This document shows, in pieces, positions 39,608 through 49,094 of a DNA stretch of 64,000 nt. The translations under genes and the position numbers were made by a program. Where the stretch lies: positions 11,686-75,685 of the forward strand of contig JAKBDK010000011.1 of the NCBI GenBank assembly GCA_021834525.1, given 5' to 3'. The number at the start of each line of letters is the position of its first letter. Position 1 is the stretch's first letter. This stretch comes from Pseudomonadota bacterium. GTDB taxonomy: Bacteria > Pseudomonadota > Gammaproteobacteria > Steroidobacterales > Steroidobacteraceae. The notes beneath the pieces are model-generated. The model ran no database searches. It was given only the letters and a program-made list of their open reading frames with translations, and was not told where the DNA came from.

Positions 39608-40234
39608 ATGTGGGAAATCGTGCAGGCGGGTGGTCCGCTGATGTGGCCGATCATCTTCTGCTCGATCGTCGCTGCGGCGATCGTGCTCGAGCGGCTCTGG
39701 ACGCTGCAGGAGCGGCGCGTATTGCCGCGCGAGCTGCCGCAGAAGGTCTGGCAGCTGATCGAGACCGGACAGGTCACTGACAAGGTGATCGCCGCGCTCG
39801 AACAGCACTCGCCACTCGGGCGCCTGCTCGCCGTCGGCCTCTCCAACCGCCATCGCTCGCACGAGATGCTGATGGAGCGGCTCGAGGACGCCGGCCGGCA
39901 CGTCGTGCACGAGCTTGAGCGTTTTCTCAACACGCTCGGCACCATCGCCGGGATTTCCCCACTGCTCGGCCTGCTCGGGACCGTGACCGGCATCATCCGC
40001 GCGTTCGATGCCATCCAGCACAGCAGCATGGGCGATCCGCGCGCGCTCTCCGGCGGCATCGCCGAGGCGCTGGTGTGCACGGCTGCGGGGCTGTGCGTGG
40101 CCATTCCCTCACTCATCTCCTACCGCTACCTGCGCGGCAAGGTCGAGGGCATCGTCGTGGAGATGGAGAAACACGCCCTGCGCATGGCCGATGCGCTCGA
40201 AGCGGCTGGCGATGCCGCCTCGGGCGGCGTTTGA
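39608..40234 (+). CDS. exbB: MotA/TolQ/ExbB-family proton channel
   Basis: MWEIVQAGGPLMWPIIFCSIVAAAIVLER N-terminus and C-terminal GIAEALVCTAAGL motif. Confidence 0.88.
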   Translation: MWEIVQAGGPLMWPIIFCSIVAAAIVLERLWTLQERRVLPRELPQKVWQLIETGQVTDKVIAALEQHSPLGRLLAVGLSNRHRSHEMLMERLEDAGRHVVHELERFLNTLGTIAGISPLLGLLGTVTGIIRAFDAIQHSSMGDPRALSGGIAEALVCTAAGLCVAIPSLISYRYLRGKVEGIVVEMEKHALRMADALEAAGDAASGGV

Positions 40235-40241
40235 TCCGCCC

Positions 40242-40673
40242 ATGAATCTCAAACCGCGGCGCCACGAGGAGCCGGAGATCAACATCGTGTCGCTGATCGA
40301 CGTGGTGCTGCTCTTGGTGGTGTTCTTCATGCTCTCCAGTCACTTCACCCAGGAAGGGCGGCTGAACGTGGTGCTGCCGCGCGCCGCGGCGGTGCCGGCC
40401 GCGAGCGGCCGCCCGCACGCGCTCATCGTGACGGTGACCGAAAACGGCGATTACCTCGTCAATGGCCGAGAGCTGCTCAACAACAGTCCGGACACGCTGC
40501 GCACGGCGCTCGCCGCTCAGCCGACCGCGACCCGCAGCCAGGCGGTGCTGATCCGCGCCGATGCGCGCGCCACGCAGCAGTCGGTGGTGACCGCCATGGA
40601 CGTGCTCGGGCAGCTCGGCTTCGTCAAACTCGACATCGCGACGATCAAGGCGCATCTCGGGAGCGGCTCGTGA
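40242..40673 (+). CDS. exbD: ExbD/TolR-family biopolymer transport protein
   Basis: EINIVSLIDVVLLLVVFFML N-terminal pattern; 143 aa. Confidence 0.88.
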   Translation: MNLKPRRHEEPEINIVSLIDVVLLLVVFFMLSSHFTQEGRLNVVLPRAAAVPAASGRPHALIVTVTENGDYLVNGRELLNNSPDTLRTALAAQPTATRSQAVLIRADARATQQSVVTAMDVLGQLGFVKLDIATIKAHLGSGS

Positions 40674-42418
40674 GCGTTCCCGAAGAGGGTGAGGATCGCG
40701 ACGCGGCGCGCGTCTACCGCCGCCTCCTCGGGTATCTGCGTCCGAACCTCGGCGCCTTCATCCTCGGCATTGTGGGCGGGGCGATCTACGCGGGGAGCTC
40801 GAGCGGCCTGGTGGAGCTCTCCAAGCGTCTGGGCAACCTGCTGCGCGAGCCGGACAAGCGCATGATCGTGTGGCTACCGGCCGCACTCGTCGTGTTGTTC
40901 GCCGTGCGTGGCGTCGGCAACCTCGTGCAGACGTATTTCATGGGTTACGTCGGGCGGCGGGTCGTGAAGCGCTTGCGCGGGCAGGTTTTCGAGCGGGTGC
41001 TCGATCTGCCGGTGGCTTTCTACGATCGGCAGGCCGTCGGGACCATGCTCTCGCGCCTGACGTACAACTGCGAGCAGGTCGGGCAGGCCTCGACCAACTC
41101 CATCGTCATCCTGGTGCGCGCCGGGCTGATCATCATTTTTCTGCTCGCGTGGATGGTCTGGATCAATCTGCGCCTGACGCTGCTCTCGCTCATCATGGGG
41201 CCGCTCGTGGCGTGGCTGGTCTCGGTGATCAACCGCCATTTCCGCCGCTATGGCCAGCGCATCCAGCATTCCATGGAGGACGTGATGCGCCTCGCCAAGG
41301 AGAGCTTCGAGTCCCCGCGCCTGGTGAAGGTCTACGGCGCCCAGGAGCATCTGGCGACGCAGTTCGAGCGGGTCAACGAGCACAACCGCATCTCCAACAT
41401 GAAAGCCATCCTCACCAGCGGGCTCGCCAACCCGACGGTGCAGCTGGTGAGCGCGGTGGGCGGGGCGTTCGTGCTGGCACTGGCGATCCGCGACACCGTG
41501 CTCGGGAAGATGAGCCCGGGAGATCTGGTCGCCTTCTTCACCGCGCTGTCGATGCTCGCCCAGCCGGTGCGCGAGGTGGTCAGCCAGTCCGGCCCGATCC
41601 AGCAGGGCGTGGCGGCCGCGCAGAGCCTGTTCGAGATTCTCGACCAGCCGGCCGAGCCCGAGACCGGCGATTACCGCCCCGGGCGGGTGCGCGGGGCGGT
41701 GGAGTACCGGGACGTGTCGTTCGCCTACGGGACGGACAAGGAGGCGGCGCTGCGCGGGGTGTCCTTCACGGTACCGGCCGGCTCGCAGCTGGCCATCGTG
41801 GGACGTTCGGGCAGCGGCAAATCGACCCTGGTCAACCTGCTGCCGCGCTTCTACGAGTTGGGTTCCGGCGCCATTCTCATCGACGGCCGCGACGTGCGCG
41901 ACTACGAGTTGAAGGCGCTGCGCGAGCAGATCTCGGTGGTCAGTCAGGAAGTGACCCTGTTCGATGACACCATCCGCAACAACATCGCATTTGGACGCGA
42001 GGTGTCTGAGCAGGCGCTGCAGCGTGCGGCCGAAGCGGCCCACGTGCTCGAGTTCGCCACCGCGCTGCCGCAGGGGCTCGACACGATGGTGGGCGATCGC
42101 GGCGTGCTGCTCTCGGGCGGACAGCGCCAGCGCATCGCGATTGCGCGCGCGTTACTGAAGGATGCGCCGATCCTGATTCTCGATGAGGCGACTTCCGCGC
42201 TCGATACCGAGGCGGAGCGGCACATCCAATCGGCACTGGCGCAGCTGGTGCGCGACCGCACCACGTTCGTCATCGCCCACCGGCTCTCGACCGTGGAGCA
42301 GGCCGACCGCATTCTCGTGCTCGATGCCGGCCGGGTGGTCGAGAGCGGCACCCATGCCGAGCTGCTTGCCCGAGACGGGTTGTACGCGCAGCTGTACCGG
42401 CTGCAGTTCAGCGACTGA
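40670..42418 (+). CDS. msbA: Lipid A export ATP-binding/permease protein MsbA
   Basis: 6-TM domain plus NBD (GRSGSGKST, LSGGQRQRIAIARALL, ILILDEATSALD). GTGA overlap with exbD, upstream of lpxK. Confidence 0.88.
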   Translation: MSVPEEGEDRDAARVYRRLLGYLRPNLGAFILGIVGGAIYAGSSSGLVELSKRLGNLLREPDKRMIVWLPAALVVLFAVRGVGNLVQTYFMGYVGRRVVKRLRGQVFERVLDLPVAFYDRQAVGTMLSRLTYNCEQVGQASTNSIVILVRAGLIIIFLLAWMVWINLRLTLLSLIMGPLVAWLVSVINRHFRRYGQRIQHSMEDVMRLAKESFESPRLVKVYGAQEHLATQFERVNEHNRISNMKAILTSGLANPTVQLVSAVGGAFVLALAIRDTVLGKMSPGDLVAFFTALSMLAQPVREVVSQSGPIQQGVAAAQSLFEILDQPAEPETGDYRPGRVRGAVEYRDVSFAYGTDKEAALRGVSFTVPAGSQLAIVGRSGSGKSTLVNLLPRFYELGSGAILIDGRDVRDYELKALREQISVVSQEVTLFDDTIRNNIAFGREVSEQALQRAAEAAHVLEFATALPQGLDTMVGDRGVLLSGGQRQRIAIARALLKDAPILILDEATSALDTEAERHIQSALAQLVRDRTTFVIAHRLSTVEQADRILVLDAGRVVESGTHAELLARDGLYAQLYRLQFSD

Positions 42419-42424
42419 CGCGCC

Positions 42425-43447
42425 ATGCAGGCGTGGCTCAATCGGCGCTGGTACGGCCCACCCGGGTCGTGCGCGGCGCTCGAGCCGCTGGCTCGGCTGT
42501 ATGGGGCGGCCGTGGCCGTGCGCCGCAGACGGGCGGGGGAGGCCGGTGCGCTGCCCGTTCCGGTGATCATCGTCGGTAACCTCACGGTCGGCGGCACGGG
42601 CAAGACGCCGCTCACCGTCTGGCTCGCCCAGCAAGCGAGCCGGCATGCGCTGCCGGCCGGGGTGATCTCACGCGGCTATGGCGGCAAAGCCGGCGGTGTG
42701 CACGTGCTCGATGCCGCGGCGGATTGGCGCGACGTGGGCGATGAGCCGCTGATCCTGGCGCGCCGCAGCGCCTGCGTGACCGCCGTCGGGCGGGAGCGGA
42801 CGGAGGCGGCCCGCGCGGTGATTGCCCGTGGCGCCCGGGTCGTGATTTCCGATGACGGGCTGCAGCACCTGCGGCTCACCCGCCAGTGCACGATCGTGGT
42901 CGCGGACGGCGCGCGGGGGTTCGGCACGGGGCGGCTGCTGCCGGCCGGGCCGCTGCGCGAGCCGCTGCAGCGGCTCGCGAGCGCCGATGCGCTGGTGATC
43001 CAGGGGGCGTCCGAACACCCCTCGCTGCGTGCCGCGGCCGCGTATTTTCCCCCGCGCGTCCTGCGCATGGATCTGGTGCCCGGGCCGGCCGTGTCGCTGG
43101 CCTCGGGCGAGCAGCGCGCGCTGGAGGCGTTCGGCGGCTCGCCCGTTCACGCGGTCGCCGGCATCGGCCATCCGCAGCGCTTCTTCCGCGAGCTCCTCGC
43201 TCATGGCCTCGAGGTGCTCGAGCATCCCTTTCCGGACCACCATCCGCTCACCGCCGCCGAGCTGGCGTTCGGCGATGCGCGTCCGGTACTCATGACGGAA
43301 AAGGATGCCGTAAAATGCGCTCACCTGGCCGATCCGCGGCTGTGGTTCGTGCCGGTCGAGGCGGTCTTCAGCGAGACGGACGCCGCCTGCCTGCGCGAGC
43401 TACTGTTGCGTACGGCCGCATCATTCGCCAGGCCTCCCGGAGGTTAG
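42425..43447 (+). CDS. lpxK: Tetraacyldisaccharide 4'-kinase
   Basis: VPVIIVGNLTVGGTGKTP P-loop and ISRGYGG. Confidence 0.92.
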   Translation: MQAWLNRRWYGPPGSCAALEPLARLYGAAVAVRRRRAGEAGALPVPVIIVGNLTVGGTGKTPLTVWLAQQASRHALPAGVISRGYGGKAGGVHVLDAAADWRDVGDEPLILARRSACVTAVGRERTEAARAVIARGARVVISDDGLQHLRLTRQCTIVVADGARGFGTGRLLPAGPLREPLQRLASADALVIQGASEHPSLRAAAAYFPPRVLRMDLVPGPAVSLASGEQRALEAFGGSPVHAVAGIGHPQRFFRELLAHGLEVLEHPFPDHHPLTAAELAFGDARPVLMTEKDAVKCAHLADPRLWFVPVEAVFSETDAACLRELLLRTAASFARPPGG

Positions 43448-43450
43448 TTC

Positions 43451-43639
43451 ATGGATGCCCGCCTGCTCGAAATTCTCGCCTGCCCGATGTGCAAGGGCCC
43501 GCTCCTCTACCGGCGCGAGGCGTCGGTGCTCGTCTGCCGCATGGACCGGCTCGCCTACCCGATCCGCGACGGCGTGCCGGTGATGCTCGAGGAAGAGGCG
43601 CGCCAGCTCGGCGCCGACGATCCGCTGCTCGAGCACTGA
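43451..43639 (+). CDS. ycaR: Trm112/YcaR-family small zinc-ribbon protein (UPF0434)
   Basis: [14 protein letters not shown] … [11 protein letters not shown]. Conserved lpxK-ycaR-kdsB position. Confidence 0.85.
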   Translation: MDARLLEILACPMCKGPLLYRREASVLVCRMDRLAYPIRDGVPVMLEEEARQLGADDPLLEH

Positions 43640-43652
43640 GCGGCCCCGCGGC

Positions 43653-44405
43653 GTGTTCCGCATCGCCATTCCTGCGCGCGCCGGCTCGAGCCGGCTGCCC
43701 GGCAAGGCGCTGGCCACGCTCGCCGGCAAGCCGATGCTGCAGTGGGTGTACGAGAAGGCCTGCGCCGCGGGGGCGCGCGAGGTGCTGATCGCGACCGATG
43801 ATGAGGCGATCGCGGCGGCCGCTCGGGCCTTCGGGGCGAACGCGCGGCTCACCTCGGCGCAGCACGCCTCCGGCACCGACCGCATTGCCGAACTGGCCCG
43901 CCTCGAGGGCTGGGCGGATGAGGACATCGTGGTGAACGTGCAGGGCGATGAGCCGCTGATCCCGCCGGCGATCATCGCGCAGGTGGCGGCGCTGCTCGCC
44001 CAGACGCCGCTCGCGGCGATCGCCACGCTCGCCACGCCCATCGCGTCGCTCGAGGAATTCCTGGACCCGAACGCGGTCAAGGTCGTCACCGACGCCCGGG
44101 GTCGCGCCCTGTACTTCTCGCGTGCCCCGATCCCCTGGGTGCGGGACGGGGCGCCGGCGGGTCTCACCAGTCAACGCCGCTTCGACGGAGCCCGCCGTCA
44201 CGTGGGGCTCTATGCGTACCGCGTAGCGGCGCTGAGGATCCTCTGCGCGCTGCCGAGCTCGCCGCTCGAGGCCAGTGAGAAGCTCGAGCAACTGCGCGCG
44301 CTCGAGCACGGTCTGATCATCCAGGTGGCCGATGCGCTCGAGCGCCCCGGGCCCGACGTCAATACCGCCGAGGACCTGCGCCGGGTGGCGGAACTCCTCG
44401 GCTGA
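43653..44405 (+). CDS. kdsB: 3-deoxy-manno-octulosonate cytidylyltransferase
   Basis: IPARAGSSRLPGKAL and VNVQGDEPLIPP motifs. GTG start. Confidence 0.93.
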   Translation: MFRIAIPARAGSSRLPGKALATLAGKPMLQWVYEKACAAGAREVLIATDDEAIAAAARAFGANARLTSAQHASGTDRIAELARLEGWADEDIVVNVQGDEPLIPPAIIAQVAALLAQTPLAAIATLATPIASLEEFLDPNAVKVVTDARGRALYFSRAPIPWVRDGAPAGLTSQRRFDGARRHVGLYAYRVAALRILCALPSSPLEASEKLEQLRALEHGLIIQVADALERPGPDVNTAEDLRRVAELLG

Positions 44406-44459
44406 CGCGGTGCGTCGGAAGCTTATGATATCTTTGGGCTTGCCGGGGTCCGCCGGCTG

Positions 44460-44487
44460 GAACTTCGCCGCATCGACGGGCGTCCAT
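44460..44487 (+). promoter_or_regulatory. Candidate sigma-E-type promoter upstream of the Gly-zipper lipoprotein gene
   Basis: (G)GAACTT (44460-44465), 17 nt, TCCAT (44483-44487). Same architecture as the candidate at 8186-8212. Confidence 0.35.
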
Positions 44488-44545
44488 TGAGAGAGGCAAG
44501 GGCGATGTTCGCCTGACGGGCGTCCTGCAACGGGACGGGAAACGT

Positions 44546-45112
44546 ATGCTCGAACACATGAGCGCATCAATGAGACTCCGGCGTGGGCTGCGGCTGATCG
44601 CTGCGGGCGCGGTACTGGCTGCGCTCACGGCATGCGCCACGACCCAGTACGATCAACCGGTGGCCTATAGCGCGCCCCCGCCGAATACCACCGTGTACGC
44701 GTATCCCATGCACGGTCAGTCGCGCGAGCGGCAGAGCCGCGACCGTTATGAATGCAGCGTCTGGGCGGTGCACCAGAGCGGCTTCGACCCCAGTGCACCG
44801 AACGTGCCGGTGTACGACCGGGTGGCCGTCCAGGGTCCACCGCCGGGCACCGATACGGCGCTGGGGGCCATTGCCGGGGCCGTCATCGGCGCGGCGCTGT
44901 CGGACCGGTGGGACCGGGGCTCGGGCGCGGTGTTCGGTGCGATGACCGGCGCCATGATCGGCAGTGCCGGCGATGCGGCCAATGCCCAGGCCAATGACCA
45001 GGCGATGGGCGCGGCGGCCCAGTCCCAGGACCGCGCGATGGCGCGCCAGGCCATGGACTACCGGCGCGCGCTGGGTGCTTGTCTGCAGGCGCGCGGGTAT
45101 AGCGTTCGCTAA
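44546..45112 (+). CDS. Outer-membrane lipoprotein with glycine-zipper segment
   Basis: Lipobox LAALTAC and glycine-zipper run GAIAGAVIGAALS…GAVFGAMTGAMIGSAG. Start could be ATG 44546, 44558 or 44570. Confidence 0.75.
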   Translation: MLEHMSASMRLRRGLRLIAAGAVLAALTACATTQYDQPVAYSAPPPNTTVYAYPMHGQSRERQSRDRYECSVWAVHQSGFDPSAPNVPVYDRVAVQGPPPGTDTALGAIAGAVIGAALSDRWDRGSGAVFGAMTGAMIGSAGDAANAQANDQAMGAAAQSQDRAMARQAMDYRRALGACLQARGYSVR

Positions 45113-45735
45113 AGACGCCTTATGGGGCACGGGCGCCACGCCCCATCATTCGCGGCCGACGCGCGCGCCCCAAGACCCTGTCTCGACCGGTTCTCGCCGG
45201 CACCGAGGGCCGCACTCGGGTCCGGCAGCGCAAGCGCCGTAGCGAGGCGGGCGTTCATGACCGGTGCACCGGAATACGCCGCTGCGCAAAATCTCGCCTG
45301 CGGCGTGGCGATCGAAATCTCTGCTGTCGGCGCGCAGCAGGCCGGGACTCACCCGTGACGCTCACGGTGCGCCGCACCTTCGGGCCTGCTCTCCACTCCG
45401 TGTGTTCCTCAGAGGGACGCCGCATCACGATCGCCTGAGGGCCTCTGACCGGCGTGGAAAACGGCGGTGAATGCAGGACCTGCGCGTGGGGATAGCAACC
45501 CGAACCCACGACGAATCGAGCCCCCGAGCCGATCACTGCGCGACGCACCTCGAGCCCCATGCTCTGCGCAGAGGAGCGGGTGTGACACGCCGGGCGCTCA
45601 CCGGGTGGCCGCAGAGGGTCGATGCGGTGCGGTCGCGCCACATGCGGTGCTGCATCCCCCCTTGAGCTGAGATCACAGGCCGCGGGAAGGGGCCCAGGGC
45701 GCCCTGGAGCGTCCCCGTGCGGTTTCGGGGAGTGC

Positions 45736-45781
45736 TTGACAGCGTGCAACGCGGAACGTAATTTAAGTGGAAGCGTTTCCA
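45736..45781 (+). promoter_or_regulatory. Candidate sigma-70 promoter plus LacI-family operator in front of the TBDR-halogenase-SapC operon
   Basis: TTGACA (45736-41), 17 nt, TAATTT (45759-64). TGGAAGCGTTTCCA (45768-45781) fits the LacI-family consensus TGnAAnCGnTTnCA at every constrained position and covers the predicted +1. Confidence 0.6.
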
Positions 45782-45859
45782 CAGTTGCGTTCTTTGGACG
45801 TGCGTTGCACGAACGCAACATCTTGCCAGTCGTCACAGTGTCATGAGGGGGGTTTGTAC

Positions 45860-48800
45860 ATGAGTCGCAAGACGTCGCGTAATGGATCGAAGAACGCCAT
45901 AAAAAAGGGTGCTCGACTCGCCGGCCTCAGCCGCGCGGCGTATGGGAACCTAGGTCTGTCCGGTCTGGCGCTCGGGTCGCTTTCTCTGGGCATCGGCGGT
46001 GTCGCCCATGCCCAGAGCGCCCCGACCCGAAAGCGCTCGGACCAGCCGGCGGCGCCCGCAAAGGCGGCCAAAATCAAGCGGCACGGCTTCAAGGCGACGC
46101 CGCTCGCCTCCGCCGCTTCATTTGCGCCGAATGGTGCGGGCCTGTATGCGCAGAACAGCACGCCGGCCGGCACTGTCGCGGCGGCTGCCAACGGCGAGAC
46201 ATCGACCATCCATATGGCCGGACAGTCATCGGCCACCACATTGGCACCGATCGTCGTGACGGGCATTCGCGGCTCCCTGATGCGATCCCTCGCGATCAAG
46301 CGTGAGTCGATTGGCGTGGTCGATGCGATTTCTGCCGAGAGCATCGGTCAGTTCCCCGACTCCTCGATCGGTGGCGCTCTGGCGCATTTGCCCGGCGTGA
46401 CCGTCAATCGCGGCTCGATTACCTCCGGCTTCGTCGCTGGGCCGGCGACCGGACTGGCACAGGGGATCAACGTCAACGGCTTCGGCGGGTCGTTCAATAC
46501 CGTCCTCGTGAACGGCCGCCAGATCGCCTCGGGCAACGGGCAGAACTTCGATTTCGCTTCTCTGGGGGCGATGTACGTCGGGCAGATCGACGTCCTGAAG
46601 ACGCCCGATATGGCCTTGTCTTCGGGCAATATCGGCTCGGTCATCAACGTCAAGATGCTCACCCCGTTCGAGAATCCCGGATTACACGCCGGGTTGAACG
46701 TCGGCGGGACCGATTACACGATGAACGGTGGCATCCGCCCGGCGGTCGGCGGCCTGTTCAGCGACACCTTCGATCACAACAAGTTCGGCATCCTGATCGA
46801 CGGCGACTATACCGATTACCACACGACTGCTCATCACAGCGACGTGGCGGGTTGGGAAGGCGTCACAGCGGGAAATTTTGCCTGCGCGAATCTTGGCGCC
46901 AATACGACCACTGCCTTCGGCAGCACCGGTTGCGCCAGTGTCGGGCCGGGCGCCAGCGGCAACGTTCAGGTGCCAGTGTGGTATCCGCAGCAGCTCAGCA
47001 TGTATCTCGAGCACGTTGACACGCGCAGCAAAGATGGGCGAGTAGTGTTGCAGTGGCATCCCACCAATGCCGTCATGGTGACACTCGATGATAATTATTC
47101 GTCAACGGACGAATATGATCAGAGCTGGGGACGTACGACCTGGTTCGGCGCCTTCCCGAATTCGACCGTGGACAGCAACGGCACCATCACGAACTTCAAT
47201 TACCCCGGCCCGACGGACCTGCAGGCGGAAATCGGTAACGCCTACATCGTGACGAATACCTACGGGCTCAATGTGCTCTGGAACGTGAATGCCGATTGGA
47301 CCGTGGAGGCGGATGCGGATCAATCTGTGTCTAAATTCAACCCGAACGGCAACACCAATACAGTCGAGGGCGATGTCGGTTACGGCGACGCCACCAATGT
47401 CTATACCGGCGGCCTGGTGGCGAGCGGCAGCAATGCAGTGCCGTACTGGAGCGCCTACGGACCGAATGCGGTCGCCTCGGGTTCCGGCGTGGTCGCCTCG
47501 CCGAATTACCTCGGTTTGAATCCGTATATCATCGGCTCGCACATTCTCCCGCTGACGACCAATGAAAATGCGGATCAGATCAATGAAGGGACGATTCGTG
47601 CGACGTGGGCGCCGGGCGACAGCACGAGATTGACCTTTGGTGCCCAGTTCCTCGATGATGATTGGAACACCAAGACATTTAATACCTTCCAGAACAATTA
47701 CTGGGAGCTGTGGTCAGGCTACGGTCCGGCTTCCGGCAACACTCAGGGCGTCACCGTTCCGTCATCATTGTTCACCGTGCTGCATACGGGAACCTGGATG
47801 CCGGGTTACAGCGGCAACGGCAATCTGCCGAATCAGTTCCTCTACTACAATCCGTGGTCGCTGCTGAGCTACTTGGAGACCCAGCCAGTCGATTCGCAGT
47901 GGAATCCGACCGCGGGTTACCCGCGCTACACGGGGGGCGTACCTACCCAGGCGTTGGTGCCGAACTCAGTGCAGCACGTGGCGCGCACGAATTACTCGCC
48001 ATTCGTGCAGGTGAGTCACAATTTCCGGGTTGACGGCATGAAATTGATGACCCGGCTCGGCTTGCGCTATCAGCGTACCGAGGAGCAAATTGCCGGTCTG
48101 TCCGCGCCGCTGACATCGGTCGCTTGGCAGGGCGCGGCGGATCCGACGCAGTACGTGTTCGCGGTGGGTTCGCCGCAGTGGACGCAGACCTCACTGTCGT
48201 ACGGATATTTCCTGCCATCGCTGGATCTTGCGCTGTGGCCCACGCGTGATCTGGAAACCGCGTTCGACTTCTCGCGTACGGAATCCGCGCCGCCGAACGG
48301 CCAGATCATTCCGAACACGAGCTTTGGCGGACTGGTGAACGCTCTGACTGCGACCGGAAACAACCCGAGGCTGATGCCGTATCTGTCGAACAACTTCGAT
48401 TTCCGCCTCACCTGGTACTACAAGCACGGCGACTACGCCGAGCTGCATCCGTTCTACAAGCAGGTGTCGAATTTCCCGACCTCGAGCGTGCAGAACGTCA
48501 CGGTTCCGATCAATGATCCGGCGCCGTGCACTTACAACCAGAACGGCCACATCCTGTTCACCGATGCCAATTGCGGCAAGCCGATGGTGTTCGCGCAGAC
48601 GACCTACACGAACAAGCTCTCAGCGGACGTGACCGGCGTGTCGGCAACCTGGCAGCAACTGCTTCCGTATGGATTTGGCATCCTGATCAACGGAACCTGG
48701 ATGCACAGCAATGCGAACTTCGACAATTACAATCTGACGTCGAACCAGTTCGCCTTGACCGGTGTCGGTGACTCTGCCAATGGCACATTCTTCTATCAGA

Positions 48801-49090
48801 AGGGCAAGTGGCAGGCGCGCATGACGGTGAACTGGCAGGGCACGCTGCTGCTCGGCCTCGGTCAGCAGAACGACAACAGTGCATTCGGAGCCGAGCCTGT
48901 GTACGAGTCTCCGTTTACGCAGCTGGATTTGTCGACCAATTACAAGGTCGACAGCCATCTGAACGTGTACTTCACGGCGAACAACCTGCTCAATTCGATC
49001 TATCACACGTATGGACGGTTCTCCAACCAGACGTTGAATCTGATCGACTACGGAACGTCGCTCTCGTTTGGAGTTCGCGCCCAGTTCTGA
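45860..49090 (+). CDS. TonB-dependent receptor, Xanthomonas/Caulobacter-type (1076 aa)
   Basis: GAGGGGGG SD 7 nt before ATG 45860. Long N-terminal extension, TonB-box-like TLAPIVVTG, IRGSL…VDAISAESIGQFPD plug signature, and terminal …SFGVRAQF. Confidence 0.9.
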   Translation: MSRKTSRNGSKNAIKKGARLAGLSRAAYGNLGLSGLALGSLSLGIGGVAHAQSAPTRKRSDQPAAPAKAAKIKRHGFKATPLASAASFAPNGAGLYAQNSTPAGTVAAAANGETSTIHMAGQSSATTLAPIVVTGIRGSLMRSLAIKRESIGVVDAISAESIGQFPDSSIGGALAHLPGVTVNRGSITSGFVAGPATGLAQGINVNGFGGSFNTVLVNGRQIASGNGQNFDFASLGAMYVGQIDVLKTPDMALSSGNIGSVINVKMLTPFENPGLHAGLNVGGTDYTMNGGIRPAVGGLFSDTFDHNKFGILIDGDYTDYHTTAHHSDVAGWEGVTAGNFACANLGANTTTAFGSTGCASVGPGASGNVQVPVWYPQQLSMYLEHVDTRSKDGRVVLQWHPTNAVMVTLDDNYSSTDEYDQSWGRTTWFGAFPNSTVDSNGTITNFNYPGPTDLQAEIGNAYIVTNTYGLNVLWNVNADWTVEADADQSVSKFNPNGNTNTVEGDVGYGDATNVYTGGLVASGSNAVPYWSAYGPNAVASGSGVVASPNYLGLNPYIIGSHILPLTTNENADQINEGTIRATWAPGDSTRLTFGAQFLDDDWNTKTFNTFQNNYWELWSGYGPASGNTQGVTVPSSLFTVLHTGTWMPGYSGNGNLPNQFLYYNPWSLLSYLETQPVDSQWNPTAGYPRYTGGVPTQALVPNSVQHVARTNYSPFVQVSHNFRVDGMKLMTRLGLRYQRTEEQIAGLSAPLTSVAWQGAADPTQYVFAVGSPQWTQTSLSYGYFLPSLDLALWPTRDLETAFDFSRTESAPPNGQIIPNTSFGGLVNALTATGNNPRLMPYLSNNFDFRLTWYYKHGDYAELHPFYKQVSNFPTSSVQNVTVPINDPAPCTYNQNGHILFTDANCGKPMVFAQTTYTNKLSADVTGVSATWQQLLPYGFGILINGTWMHSNANFDNYNLTSNQFALTGVGDSANGTFFYQKGKWQARMTVNWQGTLLLGLGQQNDNSAFGAEPVYESPFTQLDLSTNYKVDSHLNVYFTANNLLNSIYHTYGRFSNQTLNLIDYGTSLSFGVRAQF

Positions 49091-49094
49091 TCCC

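Noticed and set aside
45441-45500. Imperfect direct repeat between 45455-45495 (GGCGGTGaatGCAGgACC…GGGGA) and 52519-52555 (GGCGGTGggcagtGCAGacACC…GGGGA) as possible att-like island boundaries
   Set aside because: The match is short, gapped and made of GC-rich words common in this genome. I cannot show it exceeds chance without a proper alignment statistic.
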